DNA of 64,000 nt from Promethearchaeota archaeon (GCA_016840165.1 JAEOSU010000051.1:64001-128000); one strand, 5' to 3'. Shown: positions 1-10,851, counted from the stretch's first letter. The notes: generated from the letters alone by a model not told the origin. A program made the numbers and translations.

Positions 1-19
1 ATAAACTAATCTGCTAAGT

Positions 20-517
20 GTGATGTATATGGAAGATTCAAAACTCTCAGATATTGATAGTGTAGATTTAGAGATATTAAAAATCTTGAGCGAAGATGGT
101 CGAACTGTATTTAATAAAATCGCCGATGAACTTAACAAATCTCCAGTCACTATTAAAAAGCATGTTCTAGACCTTGAAGAAAAAGGTCTTATAGAAGGAT
201 ATGGGGCAAAAGTAAGTTTCGATAAGTTAGGGTATAATTTAATCGCATTCATTGAAATTACCATATCAAAAGGGAAAATGTTTGAAGTGGAGGAAAAAAT
301 CGCTCGCAATCCCAATGTATTCGGAGTGTATGACATTACTGGTACCTACGATGCTCTCATCATGGGTCGTTTCAAATCAAGGATGCAACTTAGCAATATG
401 ATTAAGGATATTCATAAATCTCCCTATGTAGAGAGAACTAATACCCATATTATTCTGAATGTGATTAAAGAAGGAACAAGCTTAAAAGAAATACTTGAAA
501 ATGAAAACCTTGATTAG
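20..517 (+). CDS. Lrp/AsnC family transcriptional regulator
   Basis: N-terminal HTH (DSVDLEILKILSEDGR...IADELNKSPVTIKKHVLDLEEKGLIEGY) and C-terminal RAM domain (VYDITGTYD...VERTNT). Confidence 0.92.
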   Translation: MMYMEDSKLSDIDSVDLEILKILSEDGRTVFNKIADELNKSPVTIKKHVLDLEEKGLIEGYGAKVSFDKLGYNLIAFIEITISKGKMFEVEEKIARNPNVFGVYDITGTYDALIMGRFKSRMQLSNMIKDIHKSPYVERTNTHIILNVIKEGTSLKEILENENLD

Positions 518-549
518 ATAATCTTGAATTAGAAATCTTGAATTCAAAA

Positions 550-843
550 CTATTTTAAGCTATCAAGCAATCCTAGAAAATTTGAATACGGAATAGCAGT
601 CCAACTCTCCGCAAACATGGCACCTGCAGCACGTGATAATAATGAAACTTTTGCCGCTTCTTCTTCGTTTTTAGCCTCAAAAATATCAAGAAAATCATAT
701 GGACCCAATATAGCATAGTGAGCAATCCATTTAATATTCGGTACTTTTTCTTTTACCGTATGTAGCCATTTTTCTCCTTGTTCCTTTCTTCTATCAACTA
801 AATCAGGATTTTGTAATTTAGTTGCTAATATATAAATTGGCAT
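550..843 (-). CDS. GYD domain-containing protein
   Basis: 97 aa with YAILGPYDFLDIFEA motif typical of the GYD family. Confidence 0.8.
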   Translation of the reverse strand: MPIYILATKLQNPDLVDRRKEQGEKWLHTVKEKVPNIKWIAHYAILGPYDFLDIFEAKNEEEAAKVSLLSRAAGAMFAESWTAIPYSNFLGLLDSLK

Positions 844-975
844 AAGAAATAATATTCTAAATAAAAATAAATAATTTTTTCCAACCCAATTTGAAATAAT
901 TGTTAAATATTCAAATTTCTTAAAAAATAATTATTCTAATTTATTTAGAAATCCAATTAATTTAGAAGTGATTGT

Positions 976-2565
976 ATGAAATCACATATATTTCAAGGAT
1001 TATGCTTATTTTTCGTGATTTTTAATTTGACAATGGTTATACAAGGTAATTACTTTTATTCAACGAATATACCAGAAGATCAAATGGCTCTAGAGACTTC
1101 TCAATCTAATCCTCAAATTGAATGGAGTCCAAATGGCACAGTAATATGCTCAGAAATTAATTCACAAGGACCTATAGGGTTATGTAGTGATAATTTAGGC
1201 AACACAATAATAGTGTGGGGTGATAGAAGGAACCCATATTTAGATATATATGCTCAAAAAGTTAATTCAAATGGAGTTTCATTATGGGATATTAATGGTA
1301 CTGTAATCTGTGATTACAATGATAGTCAAGGATATATAAAGATGTGTTGCGATGGTTTAGGCGGGGCGATAGTTGTATGGGTCGATGAGAGAGATGATAT
1401 GGGTGATATCTATGCTCAGCGGGTTGATAGTAATGGAGTGCTATTATGGGATATTAATGGAACAATAATAAGCAATGAAAATAATTACCAATCTGATCCA
1501 GAACTTTGTAGCGATGGTAGCGGTGGCGCTATTATATCTTGGAGTGATGATAGAAATGGAGATCAAGATATTTATGCTCAACATATTAACGCAACTGGAA
1601 ATACTCTATGGGATAATAATGGCACAGCGATATGTAATTTGGCTGAATATCAAGGAGAGTCTGTTATTTGCTCAGATGATGCTGGAGGAGCAATTATTGC
1701 ATGGGTAGATGGGAGAGATACTTTATACGATATTTTTGCTCAAAGAATAACAGGAAATGGCAATATCTTGTGGCCAGAAAATGGTACTGGAATCTGCACT
1801 TCCCAACCTAGAGGAAAAAGTTATTTAGTAATGTCTAGCGATGGTTTCGGTGGAGCCATTATTGCTTGGCAAGATAATAGAGATATTCTATTAACTGGTA
1901 CAGACATCTATGCCGAAAGAATTAACGAGAATGGAGTTTCTCAATGGCACTATGATGGTAAAGCTATTTGTACAATTTTACCCGATCAATATAGCCCTTA
2001 TCTTTGCGTCGATAATAGTGGAGGAGCAATAATTGCTTGGACAGATGGCAGAGGTGGTATGGTAACAGAGTATGAAATTTATGCCCAGAAATTAGATCCA
2101 AATGGTAATATTCAATGGGCTTCAAATGGCAAATGTGTTTGCAATGCATATTATGACCAATGGCTCTCAGGAATAATCAATGATGGAAAGGGCGGGGCAA
2201 TTCTAGCTTGGATTGATGACAGAAATGGAAATGAAGATCTTTATGCTCAAAGAATAAGTTCTGACGGCGATGCTCTCTGGCAGTCAAATGGTTCTGTTAT
2301 CTGTAATGTAGAAGATGATCAAGATGCTGCTTATTTAACAAATGATGGTAAAGGTGTAGCCATTATTACGTGGCGTGACGATAGAAATGATGTAGGTGAT
2401 GTATATGCTCAGCGTGTGCTATATTCTCCGACTTCGACTGGAGAGTCGAATGGCATCCCATTAGGAGATTGGTATCTAGCATTTATGTTCATAACCTGTT
2501 TAGCACTCATAATTATCAATCTACAAAGAAAAAAGAATGGTAACATTTTTAAAAATAAATCCTAA
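976..2565 (+). CDS. Secreted, C-terminally anchored 8-repeat beta-propeller-like surface protein
   Basis: Hydrophobic N-terminus; eight ~58 aa repeats (IIxWxDxR..DIYAQRI...LW..NGT.IC); C-terminal GIPLGDW + TM helix + basic tail. Confidence 0.8.
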   Translation: MKSHIFQGLCLFFVIFNLTMVIQGNYFYSTNIPEDQMALETSQSNPQIEWSPNGTVICSEINSQGPIGLCSDNLGNTIIVWGDRRNPYLDIYAQKVNSNGVSLWDINGTVICDYNDSQGYIKMCCDGLGGAIVVWVDERDDMGDIYAQRVDSNGVLLWDINGTIISNENNYQSDPELCSDGSGGAIISWSDDRNGDQDIYAQHINATGNTLWDNNGTAICNLAEYQGESVICSDDAGGAIIAWVDGRDTLYDIFAQRITGNGNILWPENGTGICTSQPRGKSYLVMSSDGFGGAIIAWQDNRDILLTGTDIYAERINENGVSQWHYDGKAICTILPDQYSPYLCVDNSGGAIIAWTDGRGGMVTEYEIYAQKLDPNGNIQWASNGKCVCNAYYDQWLSGIINDGKGGAILAWIDDRNGNEDLYAQRISSDGDALWQSNGSVICNVEDDQDAAYLTNDGKGVAIITWRDDRNDVGDVYAQRVLYSPTSTGESNGIPLGDWYLAFMFITCLALIIINLQRKKNGNIFKNKS

Positions 2566-2722
2566 TTTTTTTTTAATTTTTATTGATAAAAGCGTCAGTA
2601 ATTCAAGGATATTTAATTTATAAATTGCTCTTTATGCTCACTCTTTACCTTTATCACTAAATTTGTCGAGTGTTTCAATATAAATTCCCTCAATAAATTT
2701 AGTTTATTAAAAAAAGATAAGA

Positions 2723-2935
2723 GTGATTAAATTGAGTTTGAATTCAACCCTTGTTAAGAATCATGTTCTTTTCGAGTTTGAAGTCGACCTCTTCGAATTA
2801 TCCCAAGTATTCACTCCTTATTCTGAATTTTTCAAAGCTAGTGATGTAAAAGATATTTACTCGGGAGACGAGGCTATCTCTTTTGAGAGTAAGGATCCTG
2901 AGTTTAAACGGATTATGCTCCTTGAATTTCTTTAA
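2723..2935 (+). CDS. Hypothetical protein or gene fragment
   Basis: 70 aa ORF with GTG start; no recognisable motif. Confidence 0.3.
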   Translation: MIKLSLNSTLVKNHVLFEFEVDLFELSQVFTPYSEFFKASDVKDIYSGDEAISFESKDPEFKRIMLLEFL

Positions 2936-2998
2936 TTTCTCCTTCTTTTTTTAAATTAGATATATAACTACTAAATTTTTTACCCTATCTCTTTAGTA

Positions 2999-3397
2999 TT
3001 ATCGGTTTTTTCTGTAAACGAAGATATCTAATCCTATTAAGCAAATAAGAATAATGTTGGTTGCCCACACGACTGCAGTTGGATAGAGTACATAGGAAAA
3101 AGCTATAAAATTAATTAAAGAAAAACTTATAAAAACCATCGCAATTTGCCAAGCAATAATTAACTCAAGAAATAGCTTAATTTGAATTATATTATTTCTA
3201 TATGATACTACTAGGGAAAAAATAGCTAAAACAAGAAGAGTTCCCCCAAATGCTATTTAGTAGAGTCTGTTAAACCTAGGCATACTTAGAAGTTCTAATA
3301 ATATATCGAAAATACTGATATACAATATTGAAAGAATAAAAAATACTACTGCATCTAATATCATTACAATTTTCAAATTCTTAGGAATTTCTGTCAA
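2999..3397 (-). pseudogene. 4-TM membrane protein gene interrupted by one in-frame TAA
   Basis: Manual translation from TTG at 3397 (GGGGTGA SD-like upstream): MTEIPKNLKIVMILDAVVFF...RLY*IAFGGTLLVLAIFSL...WQIAMVF...WATNIILICLIGLDIFVYRKNR*; internal stop at 3257-3259, no frameshift. Confidence 0.7.
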
Positions 3398-3961
3398 TAT
3401 ATTTCACCCCTCATAATTGATTAAAGGTTGGATTAATACTGAAATTGAATTCAATTGTATTTTTAAATATTTCCATAAATGTAAAAACATATCTGAATAT
3501 AGGAAAGGAAAATATAAACCTAATCAAATGAGTTCTGGTTACTAGTCCTATAAAGCTTAAAATGCATTTTGTACAAATTTTAATTTTAACAACCATTTTA
3601 GGTTATTTCTTTAGCTAATTGCGTATTAATATAATGAATTTTATTTCATTGTATACAAAAATATTTATTCTTTTTCAGTTTTTTCAAATAATGTAATTAT
3701 TCTTATATTTTTGTCGAAATGGCTAACAAAAAATTGAAAAGATTTCAAAAAAATCATAAGTTTTAAATATAATTATTGACTAATTTGAACGAAAAATACA
3801 TTTTTATTTTCTAACTAAAAAGATTTCAATTTTCCCCATATTTCTGGAAAAATATAACACAAAGAACTCTATAACCTAAAAATTTTTAAGTGACCTAAAT
3901 CATATACTATCTAATATAAAATAAATGGGAACTCACTCCCACAAAAATGTAAAAAGGTGAA

Positions 3962-4225
3962 TTGATGATGGTTTTTCAAAAGTTAAAAAGTAGTATAGAA
4001 GCGATAATCTCTCTGTCCGAGGAGAAGGTGCCACGCACGTTTGAACAAATGTGCTTGGATAAATTGAAGGAGATTGGAGTATCTTCGGCCGCGGAATGGG
4101 GTGCGGCGATGGGCTACATGCACAGATCGTCCCTCGCAAAAGTAATTCGAAGGATACTCGCAAAGAACCCTGAAAAGCTTAAGGTATACTATAACAGGAA
4201 ACCACGTCAATATGAAGCCTTATAA
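3962..4225 (+). CDS. Small basic protein, possible winged-helix DNA-binding protein
   Basis: SSAAEWGAAMGYMHRSSLAKVIRRI resembles an HTH followed by a beta-wing (KVYYNRKPRQYEA); first gene of a 3-gene run. Confidence 0.55.
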   Translation: MMMVFQKLKSSIEAIISLSEEKVPRTFEQMCLDKLKEIGVSSAAEWGAAMGYMHRSSLAKVIRRILAKNPEKLKVYYNRKPRQYEAL

Positions 4226-4251
4226 TGAGGTATAATATTGGTGATTAGATC

Positions 4252-4593
4252 GTGTTAAGATGTCCTGTATGTGATGAAGTATACTCTTATGGCAGAATGA
4301 TAAGTCATCTATGTGGTGGCAAGACATTCTTTTTCGGGGCTATCATTAATGAAAGACCCCATAAGTATCAATGGAATTGCTACCCTCATCCAAAGACAAT
4401 TCTCAGTGATTCAATTCCGAGTACTCACAGCTTCCCAACACCTAGAGACGACAAAGAACCAAACAGACTTGGATTTCTTAGTGATGAAATAAGTTCTAAA
4501 GTATTATATCCTTGGAATTGTTGTATGAATCAAAATGATGCAACTTTCATGTTACATCTTACTATATCAGATAGACAATTAATATACGAATAA
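4252..4593 (+). CDS. Hypothetical protein with N-terminal zinc-ribbon-like motif
   Basis: CPVC...HLC at the N-terminus; two Y-x-W-N-C motifs. Confidence 0.5.
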   Translation: MLRCPVCDEVYSYGRMISHLCGGKTFFFGAIINERPHKYQWNCYPHPKTILSDSIPSTHSFPTPRDDKEPNRLGFLSDEISSKVLYPWNCCMNQNDATFMLHLTISDRQLIYE

Positions 4594-4596
4594 GAC

Positions 4597-6252
4597 TTGA
4601 TACATATGCCGAACCAATCGAGGTTAACTTATCAATCGAGTTTGATAGGATCCAAAACACGGGTTCACGATTCCTGCGAGTCGGGATTATGTCCAGTATG
4701 TATCGCAGATTGTCCTGTGTTTTGTGAAGTATCAAAAGCCGCTCTTAGAGGTCGTGAAACACTATATCCTCAGAGAGAATATTATGGAATATCTACTGCG
4801 GGCTCTCCGAAAGATTTTGGGCTTTCATATAGGGATTTTCAAATCCAATTTGAGGTCAGAGGTGCTCAAGGGATAAAACCGGATGAAGATCTGGTTATTT
4901 TTCCGAATGTTGATTTAAGTTGTTATTGGGGCAATATTTTACAAAATCTTCCAATAGTTATTGCTGGGTTAGGAAGTACTTATGTAGCCAAAAGGAACTG
5001 GGAAGGATTAGCAAAAGGAGCAGCTCTGGCAGGCGTGAGCATTACTGTAGGAGAAAACGTAGTTGGTATGGATCCAAAAGCGCAGTTTGCCAATCATGCT
5101 ATTTATCCGCGAGTAATCGATACTGTAGATATGAAATCACGAATCAAAACATATCGCGAATATTGGGATGGAATTCATGGAGATATTATTGTTCAGAAAA
5201 ACGTAGAAGACGGCCGTTTAGGTGTTTTTGATTATGTAACTTCGACCCTCGAAGTTAACTGCTTAGAGTTGAAATTTGGGCAAGGAGCGAAGGCTATAGG
5301 CGGTGAAGTTCGCCTTGAATCCTTAAAAAAGGCACAATTATTACATGAGAGAGGGTATTTAGTGATCCCTGATCCAACAGATCCATTGGTTATTGATCAA
5401 TGGAATGCGGGATTGATTCCCGATTTTGAACGGCATAGTAGAATAGGGTTATCTTCTACTGACGAAATATTGGATGAGATCGATGAAATTAAAGCAACTG
5501 GAGTAAGAAACATCTTTATTAAGACTGGTGCTTATAGACCAGCAGCAACGGCGTGGATATTACGCTTAGGAATAGAAGCAAAGGTGGATGGGATGACCTT
5601 TGACGGTGCAGGAGGTGGGACCGGAATGAGTCCCGTCAGCATGATGAATGAAGGGTCCATCCCAACACTATATTTGGAAGCTTTAGTTGTAGGGTGTTTA
5701 GATATGTTAAAGAAGAATCATCCGAATATAACCCCTCCAACCATTGCCATCGCAGGCGGTTTTGCAAACGAGACTCAAATGTTCAAAGCTCTTGCCATGG
5801 GTGCACCATATATCAAGTGTATCGCCATGGCAAGAGCCCCTTTAACGGCTGGAATGAAAGCGAAATATATTGGTGATATAATAAAAAACCATACTGCTAA
5901 TCGGTCCATATTGAAAAGCTTAGGCTTTCCGGAGAGTAAGGATCCTCTTACTTTAACTTTAAACGAAGCTTTTGTGGAATATGAGGAATTAAAGAGAATG
6001 ATAGGTGATAAGGTTCCTCCGAGTGCTGTTGGAGTTTATACCTATTTTATGAGTAAATTAGGTACTGGCTTGAGACAGTTATTAGCAGGTGTTCGTAAGT
6101 TCAATTTAGAGTTAATTACAAGGGATGATATAGCATATTTATCGCAAAGAGCTGGCGATGTATGTAATAAGTGGAATTTAGGAATTAAATCTCAAGAAGC
6201 GGTAGATTTTGAAGCTGTGAAAAAGGAGATTTATTCAGGAAATTATGATTAA
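4597..6252 (+). CDS. FMN-binding glutamate synthase family protein (stand-alone GltB FMN domain, archaeal type)
   Basis: SGLCPVCIADCPVFCEV Cys cluster, ELKFGQGAK.IGGEV, FERHSR, IKTGAYRP, DGAGGGTGMSP, KALAMGAPY. Confidence 0.9.
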   Translation: MIHMPNQSRLTYQSSLIGSKTRVHDSCESGLCPVCIADCPVFCEVSKAALRGRETLYPQREYYGISTAGSPKDFGLSYRDFQIQFEVRGAQGIKPDEDLVIFPNVDLSCYWGNILQNLPIVIAGLGSTYVAKRNWEGLAKGAALAGVSITVGENVVGMDPKAQFANHAIYPRVIDTVDMKSRIKTYREYWDGIHGDIIVQKNVEDGRLGVFDYVTSTLEVNCLELKFGQGAKAIGGEVRLESLKKAQLLHERGYLVIPDPTDPLVIDQWNAGLIPDFERHSRIGLSSTDEILDEIDEIKATGVRNIFIKTGAYRPAATAWILRLGIEAKVDGMTFDGAGGGTGMSPVSMMNEGSIPTLYLEALVVGCLDMLKKNHPNITPPTIAIAGGFANETQMFKALAMGAPYIKCIAMARAPLTAGMKAKYIGDIIKNHTANRSILKSLGFPESKDPLTLTLNEAFVEYEELKRMIGDKVPPSAVGVYTYFMSKLGTGLRQLLAGVRKFNLELITRDDIAYLSQRAGDVCNKWNLGIKSQEAVDFEAVKKEIYSGNYD

Positions 6253-6280
6253 TTTTAATTAAAAAAATGTTATAAAAGTT

Positions 6281-8092
6281 TTACATTAAATTCTCTAACT
6301 CATCCACGAAAGCTTTATATTGCTTTATTCCAAGTTTCCAAAAGTCTGCTTTTGATATATCTAGCCCAACAAGTGCAGCTAATTCTTGAGGGGTTCTACT
6401 GCCCCCTGAATTCAATAATTGTTTAAATTTAGGAATAAATTCTTTTCCTTCTTGCTTATAGGTTTGATATAAAGCATAAACAAAAAGTTGAGCAAATACA
6501 TAGGGATAATTATAAAACCTAAAATTTGGTATGAAGTAATGCCCTTTCATGGTCCATTCCCAATCCATTTCTTCAAACCAATCTACAGAATCACCGTAAA
6601 TTTTATCCCTTCCGGCAGTCCAATACTTTGCGATGGTTTCTCCATTTAGATTGTCCCCTTTTTGTATTACCTTATATAAATCATGCTCAAAAAAATATCG
6701 GGCACTCACTTGGAAAGCAGCTTGGCCAGCATCATCTAGTACATGGGCAAGAATTGCCATTTTTTCTTCATTTGATTCAGATTTTTCAAGTAAAAGGTCT
6801 GTCATCAATAATTCTCCGAATGTAGAAGCGCATTCTGCTATGCAATAGCCTGGATGGAAATTCAAATAGCTCTGGTTCCGCGTAGCATAGTAATCATGAA
6901 TTGCATGTCCCATTTCATGAATTAAGGTATATACTTCTTTTAAGTTTCCCTTAAATGTTTCTAAGATATATGCAGATTTTCCTTTATACCAACCATCGCA
7001 ATAAGCTCCATTTCGCTTCCCCTTTCTTGAAGCGGCATCAATATGTTTTCGATCAACCATATCCTTTGCATATTCTACAAATTGCTCATCAAATCTTCCT
7101 AATGCCTCAAACATCAGAGATAGAGCCTCTTGCCAGCTATATTTTTTATGAGGCGCGTTTATTAAGGGAGCTACTACATCAGCACAGCTTAATTTAGGTA
7201 GGTTCAATAATTTTGCTTTCAATCTAAGATACCTCCTGTAAACTTTAACTCCTTCTTCCATGATTGCTTTCATCAGATTATCAATAACATCTTGAGTGAG
7301 ATCATTAACAATAAGACTGTCATGCATCGGATTATCATACTTTCTTCTTTCAGACATTTTCGTCCAATCTCCACATATATTTCGTAATGCTGTGGAGAAA
7401 ATTTCTTGGTTCTCTCCTAACAAACCATAAATCGCCTTATTTGCCGAGATTCTAGTATCTCTATCGGGATGAGAGAGGAGACTATTTGCGTCACCATAAG
7501 TTAATACTTGTTCTTTTCCCTCAACCATGACTTTATAATCTCTTGTGGTGAGCCAAATACTCTGTAATTTACTCCATTCTTTAACTCCAAATTGATCCTT
7601 TTCTAATATCAGTTTCTCCTCAGTTTCAGACAACTTATGAGGATACTCTCTCTTAAGGGTTTTTAAATAATGAAAATAATCTTTAAGAATTTCATCTTCA
7701 AGTAATTCTGGATTTTCATATACAAATTTTGCTATTTCTAAATCAAGAAATGCCATTTTTTTTGATGTTGAAGTGCTAAAGTTTTCAAATTTGTTTAATA
7801 ATGCTTTAGTTTTCGGCAAAAGCATATTAGCGTTAAATGAATTCCTTGCCAATAAACCTATCTCCTCTTTATCCATATAAAATTGTTCTATTTCTTCAAA
7901 AAGTTGTAATAAATCTTTGGCAGTAAAGTTTGGTTTTTTAATTTTACCCCGATATCTTTTTTCAAAATCATCGGCTCTCTTTGTTAAATGTTCCATATCA
8001 GAGGAAATTTTGGGGTCATCAATTCCACTATATAGCTCTGAAAAATCCCATGTGATTTCGGTATTTGACATAATAATCAAGAATTTAAACAT
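6281..8092 (-). CDS. pepF: Oligoendopeptidase F (peptidase M3B)
   Basis: HEMGH zinc motif, AECASTFGE, GKRNGAYC, HYF...FYNYPYVFAQL; true start probably MSNTEITW. Confidence 0.93.
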   Translation of the reverse strand: MFKFLIIMSNTEITWDFSELYSGIDDPKISSDMEHLTKRADDFEKRYRGKIKKPNFTAKDLLQLFEEIEQFYMDKEEIGLLARNSFNANMLLPKTKALLNKFENFSTSTSKKMAFLDLEIAKFVYENPELLEDEILKDYFHYLKTLKREYPHKLSETEEKLILEKDQFGVKEWSKLQSIWLTTRDYKVMVEGKEQVLTYGDANSLLSHPDRDTRISANKAIYGLLGENQEIFSTALRNICGDWTKMSERRKYDNPMHDSLIVNDLTQDVIDNLMKAIMEEGVKVYRRYLRLKAKLLNLPKLSCADVVAPLINAPHKKYSWQEALSLMFEALGRFDEQFVEYAKDMVDRKHIDAASRKGKRNGAYCDGWYKGKSAYILETFKGNLKEVYTLIHEMGHAIHDYYATRNQSYLNFHPGYCIAECASTFGELLMTDLLLEKSESNEEKMAILAHVLDDAGQAAFQVSARYFFEHDLYKVIQKGDNLNGETIAKYWTAGRDKIYGDSVDWFEEMDWEWTMKGHYFIPNFRFYNYPYVFAQLFVYALYQTYKQEGKEFIPKFKQLLNSGGSRTPQELAALVGLDISKADFWKLGIKQYKAFVDELENLM

Positions 8093-8167
8093 TAGAATGA
8101 ATTAAAAATTTATGTATCCATTTTGATGGAGTATTGGAAGAATTCAAATTAGAAGAACACGAATAAT

Positions 8168-9724
8168 TTATTCATATTCAATAGTTGATGGTGGTTTGTT
8201 TGAAATGTCATAAACCACCCGGTTGAAACCTTTAACTTCATTAATAATTCGGGAGGCAATTTTTTCCAAGAGATCCCATTCAAGCTTTGCAAAGTTTGCG
8301 GTCATAGCATCAACTGACTCTACCGCTCGTATTGAGCAAATATATTCATAGGTACGATAATCTCCCATTACACCTACGGTACGAACGGGGATTAACACGC
8401 AAAATATCTGCCAAATATTTTGATATAAATTTGCTCTTTTAATTTCTTCCAGAAGTATAGCATCTGCTTCTCTTAAGGTATCAAGCCTTTTTTTATCAAT
8501 TGGACCTAATACTCGCACTGCAAGACCAGGACCGGGAAAAGGGTGACGTTCAATCAATTCGTTATCCAATCCTAATTTTAATCCGATTTTTCTTACTTCA
8601 TCTTTATATAAATCCTTTATTGGTTCAATAATCTTAAGTTTCATATCTGGAGGTAAAGTTAAATTATGATGAGACTTAATTTTTGCTGCTGATTCGCTAG
8701 TTTTAGCGGTCTCAATCCGATCAGGATAAATGGTGCCTTGAGCTAAGTATTTAATTCCAAGATTCTCTTGTTCTAATTCATACGTCTTATTCTCAAAGAC
8801 TTCAATAAATGTGTGTCCAATAATTCTTCGTTTTTCTTCGGGATCTTCGATATTGTTAAGTTTTTCCAAAAAGATATCTTCTGCGTTAATATAGTGTAGA
8901 TTTTTAAAACCCAGTTTTTCATTAAATTGTTTTTGTACTTCCTTCTCTTCATTTTTCCTTAATAACCCATTATTTACAAAGATACAATGTAAATTGTCTC
9001 CAATTGCTCGGTGAAGCAAAATTGCGGTCACAGATGAATCTACTCCCCCTGATAATCCTAGAATGACTCGTTTATCCCCAACTATATCTTTAATTTCTTG
9101 AATCTTCTTATCTATCCAATCATCTAATTTCCAATCTCGATGTGCTTTTGCTATGAGACTAATAAAGTTCTCTAAAATGACATTTCCATTAATTGTATGC
9201 TGGACTTCAGGATGGAATTGAACTCCATATAAATTCAACTTCTCGTTTTTAAATGCAGCAATAGGGCAAGTATCTGTTTTTGCTAACACTCTAAAACCTT
9301 CTGGCATGCTTTTTATCTGATCTCCATGAGACATCCAAACAATTTCCTTGTTATTTAGGGATTGGAATAATAAATTCTTTTCAATTATATTTAACTCTAT
9401 TTTACCATATTCTTTTTTGTCTGTTTGTATGATTTTACCTCCCATTTGATGAATGATTAAATGTAATCCGTAGCATATCCCTAATACGGGAATTTTTTGT
9501 TGAATGACATAATTAAAGAATTCTGTTGGCAAGTTTGGACTTTCCGCTTCATAAACACTACTTGGACCACCGGATAAGATGATTGCTCTTGGCTCTAATT
9601 TTTTTAGCTCTTTCAAAGGGATATTAAAGGGGACTATTTCAGAAAATACTCCAAATTCCCTAATTCTTCGAGCAATAAGGTGACTATATTGAGATCCCAT
9701 GTCAATAATACAGATTTTATCCAA
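8168..9724 (-). CDS. guaA: GMP synthase (glutamine-hydrolysing), fused GATase + ATPPase
   Basis: DMGSQYSHLIARRIRE, LGICYG, QFHPEV, SGGVDSS, HPFPGPGLAVR, KPPSTIEYE. Confidence 0.97.
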   Translation of the reverse strand: MDKICIIDMGSQYSHLIARRIREFGVFSEIVPFNIPLKELKKLEPRAIILSGGPSSVYEAESPNLPTEFFNYVIQQKIPVLGICYGLHLIIHQMGGKIIQTDKKEYGKIELNIIEKNLLFQSLNNKEIVWMSHGDQIKSMPEGFRVLAKTDTCPIAAFKNEKLNLYGVQFHPEVQHTINGNVILENFISLIAKAHRDWKLDDWIDKKIQEIKDIVGDKRVILGLSGGVDSSVTAILLHRAIGDNLHCIFVNNGLLRKNEEKEVQKQFNEKLGFKNLHYINAEDIFLEKLNNIEDPEEKRRIIGHTFIEVFENKTYELEQENLGIKYLAQGTIYPDRIETAKTSESAAKIKSHHNLTLPPDMKLKIIEPIKDLYKDEVRKIGLKLGLDNELIERHPFPGPGLAVRVLGPIDKKRLDTLREADAILLEEIKRANLYQNIWQIFCVLIPVRTVGVMGDYRTYEYICSIRAVESVDAMTANFAKLEWDLLEKIASRIINEVKGFNRVVYDISNKPPSTIEYE

Positions 9725-9954
9725 TTTATAGCACCACTATTGAGATATTATATATTCATATTCTTTTTCAACTTAATTTATATTTCGAATATAGAATATA
9801 TATTTGAAGTCATTATCTAGTGAAAAGGAAGCAAGGAAAATAATTTTTTCCAATAACCAAACCATTTTTTAATTATTATTTATTCCTAAAGAATATAGAC
9901 CGGTTAAAGGAATTTCCTCTTATTATGAAACAGTAAATTATTGGAGATTATACT

Positions 9955-10839
9955 ATGCCTTATAAAATTCTTAGAAAACAGCAATTAGGAACCAGTGGAA
10001 CATTACTCGAAATGGTTTTAGAAACTCCTCTAATTGCTAAAAAAGCATTCGCGGGCAATTTTGTCCTACTTAGAATTGATGAAACGGGGGAAAGATTTCC
10101 CCTCACCATCGCTGACTATAACCCAACAGAAGGTACAATTACTATCGTGGTCCAAATAGTTGGAAAAAGTACAAAACATCTCTCCAGCTTAAAGGAGGGA
10201 GATGAGATAGCGGATGTAGTTGGACCTCTTGGGAATAAAATTGAAATTAAGAGATATGAACATCCTATCATTATAATCGGTGGAGGGGTCGGGATAGCAC
10301 CCTGCTATCCTCAAGCAAAGGAATTAAAAAAAGCAGGAAATACTCTTTATACAATATTAGGAGCAAAGAATTCCGACTTAATTTTTTGGCGAGATAAATT
10401 CGCTACATTGAGCGATAAACTTATTATTACTACTGATGATGGAACCGAGGGGATTAAAGGTTTTGTAACCGATCCACTTAAAGAACTTATTAGTAAAGAA
10501 AAAATTAGTTTGGTGATTGCGATTGGCCCGCTTATAATGATGAAGAATGTAACACTAATCACTAATGGAAAGAATAATTTACCATTCGTAGAAACGGTTG
10601 TTTCATTAAATACAATAATGGTAGATGGAACAGGCATGTGTGGAGGGTGTAGATTCCCAACAATAAGTGGAGAATTTCATTTTGCTTGCGTAGATGGTCC
10701 AGATGTAAATGGGCATATCGTGGATTTTGATAATTTAATGAATCGCTCGATACGATACAGTACTCAAGAAAAGATTTCTCTAGATAGATATAATGGTCAT
10801 TGCCGTAGTGTTATCCATTTAGGCAAACCAAAAGAATAA
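9955..10839 (+). CDS. nfnA: NfnA/SudB: FAD/NAD-binding [2Fe-2S] subunit of electron-bifurcating transhydrogenase
   Basis: GERFPLTIAD, GPLG, GGGVGIAP, MVDGTGMCGGCR...CVDGP; adjacent to NfnB. Confidence 0.9.
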   Translation: MPYKILRKQQLGTSGTLLEMVLETPLIAKKAFAGNFVLLRIDETGERFPLTIADYNPTEGTITIVVQIVGKSTKHLSSLKEGDEIADVVGPLGNKIEIKRYEHPIIIIGGGVGIAPCYPQAKELKKAGNTLYTILGAKNSDLIFWRDKFATLSDKLIITTDDGTEGIKGFVTDPLKELISKEKISLVIAIGPLIMMKNVTLITNGKNNLPFVETVVSLNTIMVDGTGMCGGCRFPTISGEFHFACVDGPDVNGHIVDFDNLMNRSIRYSTQEKISLDRYNGHCRSVIHLGKPKE

Positions 10840-10851
10840 GGAACAGAAGGC

